Origin: Macrostomum hystrix
Lineage: Eukaryota; Animalia; Platyhelminthes
Assembly: GCA_950097015.1 (NCBI GenBank)
Contig: CATNEN010000029.1
Coordinates: 2,666,001-2,730,000, forward strand
Direction of reading: 5' to 3'
Length of the DNA: 64,000 bases
A program made the position numbers and the translations under genes. Numbering within the stretch: position 1 is the stretch's first letter; every line of letters begins with the position of its first letter. Under the pieces are notes generated by a model, which saw nothing but the letters and a program-made list of their open reading frames with translations, did no database searches and was not told where the DNA came from. Shown in pieces: positions 34,201 to 46,200 of the stretch.

Positions 34201-37200
34201 TCCTTCCATCTTTAGTTACAGTTTTAGCGTCCTCTTGCTAATCCGTTATGAGCTTCAGTGAACCTGCATTTATTTTCGTTCATTTTTTAATTTCTCGCTC
34301 TAATTTTCTATCTCCTTCTCTTTTCTTAGTCTCTGCTACTTTTAAATTACTCTGACCTCACTCTGTCAAAACAATCATTTAACCATCCCACTGCACTCAC
34401 TTTCTCTTCGTCAACCTTTATTGGCTAAAGGCTTAACTTTCAAAACGTGGGCTACTATATCCGGCACCCACCTCACTCCACTCTCTTCCTCCACTCCACT
34501 CCACTCCACTCTCTCTCTCTCTCTCTGTTAGCTTCTATTGGCTACAGACTTCACTTATCAGACTGGTGAGACACTATTGGGAACCCACCTCATTCCACTC
34601 TCTATCTCTCTGTCAGTTTCTATTGGCTACAGTCTTCACTTAATAGACTGGTGAGACACTATCAGTAGATGGGAACCCACCTCACTCCACTCTCTTCCGC
34701 TCTATTAGTTTCTATTGGCTACAGACTCTGATCTTATTTTATCTGTCAGCTATGTATAGCAAACTAAGCTTTCGCACCGCTCCAACACGCAGCTGTTCAG
34801 CATAGACAACTGCATCGAGGACTGGCGCGTAGCCATCAGCAGTCGCCGAGTAGGCCAGATGATAGCCGAAGTCTGCGTTTGCGCAATACATCCGCTGCCT
34901 AACGCTCTAACCTTCACCTGGACAACCTACGTGCCGCACGATAGGAACACGCGAACTGTCAGTGTGCCAATAGACCTATTCCTAACTCTGCCCATGTTTC
35001 TGCGACTCTACCTGATCTTTCGAGTCATGCTGCTACACTCGAAGATGTTCACAGACGCCGGATCTCGCAGCATCGGCGCGCTAAATCGAATCTCGTTCAA
35101 TACCCGCTTCGTGCTCAAGACCCTGATGACAATGTTCCCGGGCACCGTGCTGCTAGTGTTCATCTTGACATTGTGGATTAGTGCTAGCTGGCTAATGCGA
35201 GCCTGCGAGAGCTATCACGATCCCCTACACGGCAACATACTCAACTCCATGTGGCTCATTGGCATTACCTTTCTGAGCATTGGCTACGGTGACATTGTGC
35301 CGAATACCTATTGCGGCAGGGCTATCTCCATCGCAACTGGTGTTATGGTGAGCGAGCTGCTGCTCTCTGTTTTGTAAAACAACGAAAGAGTCGTCAACCA
35401 CGAACATTGTATTTCATCTTTAGTCTATGGTCGAATCCTAAACCGGAGCCTCCAAGCCAAAAAGATGTCTCTTATTCTGTAGTCTATGGTAGAAATCTAA
35501 ACTGGAGACTCCAAGCCAAGAAGTTGTCTCTTATTCTGTAGTCTATGGTAGAGGTCTAAACTGGAGACTCCAAGCCAAAAAGATGTCTCTTATTCTGTAG
35601 TCTATGGTAGAAATCTAAACTGTAGACTCCAAGCCAAGAAGTTGTCTCTTATTCTGTAGTCTATGGTAGAGTATATACAATGTCTGGCAAATACCAATTC
35701 ACTTTAACGAAACATTGCGCGGTAACTCGGCAATTGAAGTCCCTGACTGTCTGTTTGAGTACGTTTGGAATTCATCCGTTAAAAAAAATGAATCTTTCAA
35801 TCAAACCACATGAGATGGCTAAAAGGCTTCTTCATAATTCCATCCTTCTTGATCTCTTAGGCTAGCAATGTGCGAAAAAATGGTTGAGTCCAAACCGTGC
35901 CCAGACACGCGAAATCAATCAAATCTCAGACCCACTTGGCCTGGCTAAAGAAATTTGCGCCTAAAATATTATATTCTCTTTATATTGTTCCACGCAAAGA
36001 ATCCATATAGAGTGCTTGCTAATTCTACTCTAAAGAAAAATACTTTCACGAGGAATCGAACTCACGCGGTGCGTCGAACTCATGGACGCACCACTCAAAA
36101 CTAAAATTCTGATAAAAAATAGATCTACGTACTCTGAGATCGCCCTGGGGGGGAATTAAACATTTAGAACCGGCGCAGGATAATTAATTATCGACCTTGT
36201 TAAGTCAAAGACAAATTTATTTCCATACATCGAATTAGTCTATTTGGCGGCCAGTTTAAAGCAGAAGGATTGGCTGAATCCAGACCAGATGTGATCAGCG
36301 AAAGCAGTGCGCCAGAATTTTGGCCTTGTTTAATTTTGCTTTTACAGATCGGCTTTGAACCTCCGGCAAATTCATAAAATCTTCTTCTTTGACTAATTTC
36401 TGCGTGTACGCGCGTGTGTTCCCTCACTGCCGCCTCCCACTGCAATGTGTTTTTCCTCAGCTGAATTTAAAAGTGCATTGTTTCTCGCTGGTCAAAGCGA
36501 ACGAAAATTAAAAACTAAATTGAATTTATTCTATAAAGTGATGTTTATCCTAATTGAGGTGCTTCGATTGGGGATTCTTAAAATTAGGATAATAGATTGA
36601 CATAAAAAGAATGAATTTTGAGTGACAGGCTAATTTTAAGTAATCTAATACAATCATAAGTGATTATGGGTTGAAACTTTCCTCTATTACATCTATTACA
36701 CAAATAAGCTTTGAGCAGCTCTGCTCAGTCTGCTCTAGTCTGCTCTAGTCGGATTCCAACTCAATAGCCCGGCCAATAGGCGCTCTAACCTGAAAAATAG
36801 AGTCTTCACAAAAGAGCAGCTTGAAAGCAAAATGGTTTCGCCGCTTTTCTACCTGCCTATTTCTCTCTACCCCTAGTCCCTCTGTCCCGGCTGTAAGTAG
36901 CAATATCAAATGACATGCGCGGATGACTCAGCAACTGGTTGAGGAGATGGCTGACAAAAATGGGAATCGATTGGAAATACTCAGCAAGTGGGGGCCATGG
37001 GAGTGAGGGAATGATTATGAGGAATAATGAGGGCTCTGAATCAGTGGGGGAGAGATATTAGCAGATGGAGATAATAGAGTAGAATTAGTGGGAGAAGGGA
37101 CAATGGGAGAATGGGCATTGGGAGAAGGGACAGTGGGAGAAGGGAGAGTGGGAGAAGGGGCAGTGTGAGAAGGGGCAGTGTGAGAAGGGACAGTGGGAGA

Positions 37201-40200
37201 AGGGACAGTGGGAGAAGGGAGTGTAGGAGAAGGGAGAGTGGGAGAAGGGACAATGGGAGAAGGGAGAGTGGGAGAAGGGACAGTGGGAGAAGGGACAGTG
37301 GGAGAAGAGACAGTGGGAGAAGGGAGTGTAGGAGAAGGGAGAGTGGGAGAAGGGACAATGGGAGAAGGGAGGGTGGGAGAAGGGAGACTGGGAGAAGGGG
37401 CAATGGGAGAAGGGAGGGTGGGAGAAGGGAGACTGGGAGAAGGGAGTGTAGGAGAAGGGAGAGTGGGAGAAGGGACAATGGGAGAAGGGAGGGTGGGAGA
37501 AGGGGCAGTGTGAGAAGGGGCAGTGTGAGAAGGGACAGTGGGAGAAGGGACAGTGGGAGAAGGGACAGTGGGAGAAGGGAGTGTAGGAGAAGGGAGAGTG
37601 GGAGAAGGGACAGTGGGAGAAGGGAGAGTGGGAGAAGGGACAGTGGGAGAAGGGACAGTGGGAGAAGAGACAGTGGGAGAAGGGAGTGTAGGAGAAGGGA
37701 GAGTGGGAGAAGGGACAATGGGAGAACGGAGGGTGGGAGAAGGGAGACTGGGAGAAGGGAGAGTGGGAGAAGGGGCAATGGGAGAAGGGAGGGTGGGAGA
37801 AGGGAGACTGGGAGAAGGGAGTGTAGGAGAAGGGAGAGTGGGAGAAGGGACAATGGGAGAAGGGAGGGTGGGAGAAGGGAGGGTGGGAGAAGAGAGGGTG
37901 GGAGAAGGGACAAAGGGAGAAGGGGCAGTGTGAGAAGGGGCAGTGTGAGAAGGGAGGGTGGGAGAAGGGACAGTGGGAGAAGGGACAGTGGGAGAAGGGA
38001 GAGTGGGAGAAGGGACAGTGGGAGAAGGGAGAGTGGGAGAAGGGACAGTGGAAGAAGGGACAGTGGGAGAAGAGACAGTGGGAGAAGGGACAAATGGAGA
38101 AGAACAGTGGGAGAAGGGAGTGTAGGAGAAGGGAGAGTGGGAGAAGGGACAATGGGAGAAGGGAGGGTGGGAGAAGGGAGACTGGGAGAAGGGAGAGTGG
38201 GAGAAGGGGCAATGGGAGAAGGGAGGGTGGGAGAAGGGAGGGTGGGAGAAGGGAGGGTGGGAGAAGGGACAAAGGGAGAAGGGGCAGTGTGAGAAGGGGC
38301 AGTGTGAGAAGGGGCAGTGTGAGAAGAGACAGTGGGAGAAGGGACAAAGGGAGAAGGGGCAGTGTGAGAAGAGACAGTGGGAGAAGGGACAAAGGGAGAA
38401 GGGGCAGTGTGAGAAGAGACAGTGTGAGAAGGGAGGGTGTGAGAAGGGGCATTGTGAGAAGAGACAGTGGGAGAAGGGACAGTGGGAGAAGGGAGGGTGT
38501 GAGAAGGGGCATTGTGAGAAGAGACAGTGGGAGAAGGGACAGTGGGAGAAGGGAGGGTGTGAGAAGGGGCATTGTGAGAAGAGACAGTGGGAGAAGGGAC
38601 AGTGGGCGAAGGGAGGGTGTGAGAAGGGGCATTGTGAGAAGGGGCAGTGTGAGAAGAGACAGTGGGAGAAGGGACAGTGGGAGAAGGGAGAGTGGGAGAA
38701 GAGAGAAAGATGATCAGGAGGAAGCCAATAAGGCGCAAAGAAGGGCGCGCATAAGAGGGCTTAATGAGAAGTCACATGAGTCAGCAAAAGGCTGCGTTTT
38801 AAACCGCTCAGTTAGTGAAAATCGATGTCAGATGAGCTTTTAGATCAAAGGTATCCCCTAGCAAACATTTACTGAATGACAGTCCCGCGAAGTCACAACT
38901 ATAAAAAGAAATAAGTTCCCTTTCAACCCTTTTGAGGTGATCCTAGCGAGGCCCAGAGAATCACAATCATTGTGTCCAATGAGGATTACATTTGAATAGC
39001 AAAAATCTAAAAAATCAATTACATCAATTTATCTGTACTGATTAGAGGCCCAATCAATTGGTATTGAGGACTATGGCAGCTAATGAGTTGCAATCTGGTT
39101 CAACTAGTCTGGTAAAAACCATCAGAAGCAGTGTTATAACACGGAGCTCTCTTGCTTGACTTTTTTATAAAACGTCTTCGACCGGAAAATGTACTTTTAA
39201 TCCCTTCTAGTTCTCATTTCGTGCCAGTCTGCTCTATGGCTCTCGATGGCGCAGTTTATACCGAGCCTAATCCCGTAGAAAGTGAGTCAAGCTTCCCTCC
39301 TGAAGCCGTCCGTGCGTCAGTCCTTGAACAGTCGTCGATTAAGGGGTTCTCAGTTTTTCGGTTAATTGCACAACATTGAGCTGTGTTCTAAAGGTGGTCG
39401 ATTGAGCCATGATTTTTACCTATTTTCTACTCATTTATGCATATCTGCTCAAGTCTGGGTTGAGTTGGTCCGGGGGGGAAGTCGGCGGGAAAGGACTTTG
39501 CCGAGATTTATTCCTCTACGCTCAGATGCTGAGCATTGAAGATGATGGCAAATATTTATATTTCTAGTACTTCTCGACGTGACTAGCCCCTTCTCTTATC
39601 CTCTGTGCGCCTTCTCTCATCTGCTTCTAAAAGCGACTTCAACTCTCACAGAAAGTATATTATCCATAATTGGCTCGTACAACTGATTTGTATCAGCTAT
39701 CTAACAGCTATCTAACAGCTATCTAACAGCTATCTAACAGCTATCTAACAGCTATCTAACAGCTATCTAACAGCTATCTAACAGCTATCTAACAGCTATC
39801 TAACAGCTATCTAACATCTATCTAACAGCTATTTAACAGCTATCCAACAGCTATCCAACAGCTATCTAACATCTATCTAACAGCTATCTAACATCTATCT
39901 AACAGCTATCTAACAGCTATTTAACAGCTATCCAACAGCTATCTAACATCCATCTAACAGCTATCTAACAGCTATCTAACATCTATCTAACAGCTATCTA
40001 ACAGCTATCTAACATCTATCTAACAGCTATTTAACAGCTATCCAACAGCTATCCAACAGCTATCTAACATCTATCTAACAGCTATCTAACATCTATCTAA
40101 CAGCTATCTAACATCTATCTAACAGCTATCTAACAGCTGTCTAACATTTATCTAACAGCTATCTAACAGCTATTTAACAGCTATCCAACAGCTATTTAAC

Positions 40201-43200
40201 ATCTATCCAACAGCTATCTAACATCTATCTAACATCTATCTAACAGCTATCCAACAGCTATCTAACAGTTTTCTAATATCTATCTAATAGTATCTAACAT
40301 AAATCTTACAGCTAAGCCTAACGTTTATATTGCAAACTAATAATCATAGTAACAGATATAGTTTGTAAACCTTTGACTGCTTATGCAGCCGATGCATTCC
40401 TAATTGTTCACCCCTATCAAAGATCTCGTAGATAAAAAAGTGCTTAACAAGTGAAATCCTAACACAAAGACGCGCAGCATAAGAGAAATACATATGAAAC
40501 AATGCAATCCGGCCAATATAGATTTATGATATGTATATCTGCATACAAGTAACAATGATAAATGACCAGTATAGGTTCATTCCATTGCTTTTCAGTGGAG
40601 TGTGACCAGCCCACTGTGTTTTAGACTGTACACAATTTAACTTCTTTCGCAATGGGAAATACTGGATATACGGATTGTTTATCACTATCTGCATGGTTCG
40701 TTACTTATCCCTATATCCGTGCGAAAATCTCCAACTAACCTCTGTGGCAACCGAGTGCTTGCAGGCATCCAGAATCCTCTGGAACTTCAGCTGGTCGCAG
40801 TTGTAGAATCCTCTGGAACTTCAGCTGATCACAGTTGTAGAATCCTCTGGAACTTCAGCTGGTCACAGTTGTAGAATCCTCTGGAACTTCAGCTGGTCAC
40901 AGATGTAGAATCCTCTGGAACTTCAGCTGGTCACAGTTGTAGAATCCTCTGGAACTTCAGCTGGTCACAGTTGTAGAATCCTCTGGAACTTCAGCTGGTC
41001 ACAGTTGTAGAATCCTCTGGAACTTCAGCTGGTCACAGTTGTAGAATCCTCTGGAACTTCAGCTGGTCACAGTTGTAGAATCCTCTGGAACTTCAGCTGG
41101 TCACAGTTGTAGAATCCTCTGGAACTTCAGCTGGTCACAGTTGTAGAATCCTCTGGAACTTCAGCTGGTCACAGTTGTAGAATCCTCTGGAACTTCAGCT
41201 GGTCACAGTTGTAGAATCCTCTGGAACTTCAGCTGGTCACAGTTGTAGAATCCTCTGGAACTTCAGCTGGTCACAGTTGTAGAATCCTCTGGAACTTCAG
41301 CTGGTCACAGTTGTAGAATCCTCTGGAACTTCAGCTGGTCACAGTTGTAGAATCCTCTGGAACTTCAGCTGGTCACAGTTGTAGAATCCTCTGGAACTTC
41401 AGCTGGTCACAGTTGTAGAATCCTCTGGAACTTCAGCTGGTCACAGTTGTAGAATCCTCTGGAACTTCAGCTGGTCACAGTTGTAGAATCCTCTGGAACT
41501 TCAGCTGGTCACAGTTGTAGAATCCTCTGGAACTTCAGCTGGTCACAGTTGTAGAATCCTCTGGAACTTCAGCTGGTCACAGTTGTAGAATCCTCTGGAA
41601 CTTCAGCTGGTCACAGTTGTAGAATCCTCTGGAACTTCAGCTGGTCACAGTTGTAGAATCCTCTGGAACTTCAGCTGGTCACAGTTGTAGAATCCTCTGG
41701 AACTTCAGCTGGTCAAAATCCTTTAATCCCCTGGAACTTCAGTGCCTCATTGTTTTCTAATTGATTTTGCTTAATTGAGTTAAAATATCGGTTTATTAAG
41801 TAAGAAATTAAGCGACTTAAATTGCATTATTCGCCCCACATTTTCCAAATTGCAGGGCTCCTGCTGCACCGCCCTGGTGGTGGCTGTGTTCGCCAGAAAG
41901 CTGGAACTCACGAGAGCCGAGAAGCACGTGCACAACTTCATGATGGATACGGCGCTTACAAAGCGGGTTAGTGCACTTTTTTACTTCTGTGATCTCATCC
42001 TCAAATTAGTTTTCAAATCGGGAATCGAAATGTGGAATTTTAGTCTAATCAGATTATTTATTGAGCTTCTCAGCATGTTCCTAATTGCACTCTTAACCGG
42101 AATTCCTAATTGTACTTTTAACTAGAATTCATAATTGTACATTTAACTATAATTCCTAATTGTACTTTTAACTATAATTCCTAATTGTACTTTTAACTAT
42201 AATTCCTAATTGTACTTTTAACTATAATTCCTAATTGTACTTTTAACTATAATTCCTAATTGTACTTTTAACTAGAATTCCTAATTGTACTTTTAACTAG
42301 AATTCCTAATTGTACTTTTAACTAGAATTCCTAATTGTACTTTTAACTATAATTCCTAATTGTACTTTTAACTAGAATTCCTAATTGTACTTTTAACTAT
42401 AATTCCTAATTGTACTTTTAACTAGAATTCCTAATTGTACTTTTAACTATAATTCCTAATTGTACTTTTAACTAGAATTCCTAATTGTACTTTTAACCAG
42501 AGTTCCTAATTTTGTGGAATAATATGGAATCCAACTTTGATTTCTAATTGTATTTGTCATTAGTATAATTCCTATCTGATTCTAAATTAGCGTTAAAATT
42601 AAAGTTTTACGAAGTAGTTCAAAAGTAGTAACTGATGAAAGGGATTCTCGATGTCCCATTTTCCCCTAATTAGGACTTTTAGTCGTCAGCTTCAGCGTCA
42701 GCTTCTTGGAGCTTCTTCTTGTGACTTTGCTCTGACAAGATCCAATCGAACTCTTAGCTGGACATCCGAAGTGCTTCCGCGTGACACTTTAAAATAAGAA
42801 TTTCTGTTACACTTACTCGGTCAGTGGGACAAGGAGGAGGGGATAAGCATTAAGTGGAGAGATCGAGGGATCAGCAGCTTCCTGCCGTAACTAACCGGCT
42901 TAATATCGGACACACGTGAAACCACACCATACACTCATTGATCCTCCACTATCTAAGATAATCGACATGTGCTCATCGAATGTCCCGTCTGCTCAGAGAC
43001 TAAAGACGATTAGAAGCGGGATTAATGGCGGCTGTCTGTGCTTCGATTGTTACATCTGGCGAACGATTCTTACAACTTGAAGTGGTCTTGCACATTTATT
43101 CTGTATCAGTGCCTTAGCTTTATCGGATTGAAATGTGCCCTCTAGAGCTTCGGCATTATGGAGTTCCCAAATAGGAAGAAATATGGCTAGCTGGATATAA

Positions 43201-46200
43201 GATCCCAAATCCCATTTGGACTTGGTGGATCGTGACGTGCGCCAGTTTTATCTGGGCTTTGCCGGCCTCTTCGAGACTTATCGCCTAAAGAGTCCAATGT
43301 GAATGACTATGAGCACATTCTGAATTATTCATTTAGCAGTAGTAGTAGTAGCAGTAGTATCGCTATTGTCAATCTAAATGATAATTCGGACATTCAAAAC
43401 GATAATGTCTGTGGTCTCATGCTATCGGATGGGTCTGCCGCGCGCAGCTCACCTATTCAGCCATAGAGTTATGGACATTCAAAATGAGAAAGCGGCAATC
43501 AAAACGAGAATTGGGAAGGCAAAACAATCGGGCTTTGCTCCAGCTTGTTCTGAAGGCAGGCCTTCATCTCCTCGTACACTTTGCATTTGCTCTCCTTTTT
43601 GCCACCTCTTGGTAACGCCTGAACCCTTCCATCCTGCGTATATGCTTGCATAATTCTATACCCAGTTGCAATCGGCACTTGCAGGATGGGTGCTGCGGCT
43701 TTTAGTGTCGCCCCTTGCTCTATAATAGCAGACCAGACACCGAGCGTTGCCTGTCCACTGAGGATATTGGTGGGGCATTTGAAAAACAACAACAATAAAT
43801 AGCAAACAAAGAATCGAGAGAAAACCAAACAAACCAAACAGAGATCAAGGCAAGGGGAGTTTTTCAGCTTTCCCTTCCGAGTTTTATCATTTTGGTTGTC
43901 TCTAGTCTATGGTCGAAAGGGTGAATTTTCTTCTGAGTGTCTGAACTCATTCTCGTTTTGAATGCCCCTTTCTCGTTTTGGCTTTCCAAACGTCTATGTT
44001 CTCTAGCGGCGAGGTTTACTTAGATGATAGTTAATAAATAGCCATTATCGTTTTGAATGTCTAAACTATCATTTAGATTGAGCAAACCAATAGTAGTAGT
44101 AGAAATAGTAGCAGTATTAGTAGTAGTAGTAAGTAGTATTAAAGGAAGAAAATAGATGGGAAGAATACTGATGCGACAGAAGAAGCACTTATATTTTCTT
44201 TGCATTCTTGTCGCATTAAAGATCTCTCTTCTCTATCTCATTCTCTAAGCGCAAATTGTTTCGCATAGATTTTTTTCCATTAAATTAGATCCCTTGGCAA
44301 AAGTATTCCAATTAGGATGGGAGCCTCTATCCGCGGCCCGATCTCGAGCAAAACTATGCAGCCTACTCGATATGTGCCTTTGTAACCAGCCTTCTCTCCT
44401 GGCCAATTTAGCTTTCGCATCTCGGCTCCGACCTTCTTCGTCTTAGTCTTAAACCGCCCAGCGCCCACCTAGAACAGAGCGTGACACGTCAAAAAATCTG
44501 GATTTAGACATGCGGGATCACTTTGGTGCGGACTCAGTCGAGGGAGGAGCAAAATTGGGAATCGGTAATGAGAAACCTTTGAGTCGACCAATTTCAGTTG
44601 AAGAATTCAGCCGCGAATGTACTGCGAGAGACCTGGCTGATCTACAAGTACACCAAACTGGTGAAACGGGTTAATCCTGGCAAGGTGCGAACTCACCAGA
44701 GAAAGTTCCTGCAGGCCATTCACAGGTTAGCGATGCAATGCTGCGCACGCTGTGGCATGTACTCAGTTGTTCACTCTCTCAGAACTGTACTCAATTGTTC
44801 ACTCTCTCAGAAATGTACTCAGTTGTTCACTCTCTCAGAACTGTACTCAATTGTTCACTCTCTCAGAAATGTACTCAGTTGTTCACTCTCTCAGAACTGT
44901 ACTCAGTTGTTCACTCTCTCAAAACTGTACTCAGTTGTTCACTCTCTCAGAACTGTACTCATTTGTTCACTCTCTCAGAACTGTACTCATTTGTTCACTC
45001 TCTCAAAACTGTACTCAGTTGTTCACTCTCTCAAAACTGTACTCAGTTGTTCACTCTCTCAAAACTGTACTCAGTTGTTCACTTAGTTGTTCACTCTGTT
45101 TTTCACTGAGTTTTTCACTGAATTGTTCACTCAGTTGTTTGCTCAGTTGTTCACTCAGCTTTTCACTCAGTTGTTCACTCAGTTGTTCACTCCGTTTTTT
45201 AATTATTTTTTCAGTCTTCGAAAAGTGAAGCGAGACCAGCGCAAGCTCACGGACAATGCGAACTCAATCGTGGACTTGGCCAAAGTGAGGGCAAATTCTG
45301 GGATTTGTCTTGTTTGAAATTTTGCTTCAGAAGAGACTTAAGTGCACTAATCGGCTTGTTTTGCATCTTCAACTATGATTTAAGCTTTAACCATTATTTC
45401 CCATATTACTAGTTTCTGATTGACACATGTCACCGTCGCGTTCTACCGACTCAGCTCACAGACACATCTCACCGACACATCTCACAGACAGATCTCACCG
45501 ACACATCTCACCGACACATCACACCGACATATCTCACCGACACATCACACCGACACATCTCACAGACAGATCTCACCGACACATCTCACAGACAGATCTC
45601 ACCGACACATCTCACCGACACATCTCACAGACAGATCTCACCGACACATCTCACAGACACATCACACCGACACATCACACCGACACATCTCATCGACACA
45701 TCTCACCGACACATCTCACAGACAGATCTCACCGACACATCTCACCGACACATCTCACCGACACATCTCACCGACACATCTCACCGACACATCTCACCGA
45801 CACATCTCACCGACACATCTCACCGACACATCTCACCGACACATCACACCGACACATCACACCGACACATCTCACCGACACATCTCACCGACACATCTTA
45901 CCGACACATCTCACAGACAGATCTCACCGACACATCTCACCGACACATCTCACCGACATATCTCAACGGCACATCTCACTGACACATCTCACCGACATAT
46001 CTCAACGGCACATCTCACTGACACATCTCACCAACCTGTCTCACTGACATCTTACTGATGACAACCCTAGTCAAAGCTTCTCATTAGCAAATCTATTTAC
46101 GTCGGAAAAACTAATTTGTAGTGAATTACTTATTAATCGCCTGTACACCTACCTTTAGTTACCTACGAGTATTTACGCTCTATATGAACTCCCTCTAGTA

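Noticed and set aside
37041-38843. Long ORFs of 250-565 aa (also 2501-3193, 44598-46058, 52898-53652, 59279-60289)
   Set aside because: Products of minisatellite periodicity, lying in introns or intergenic DNA and open in several frames; only the SK exon parts are real
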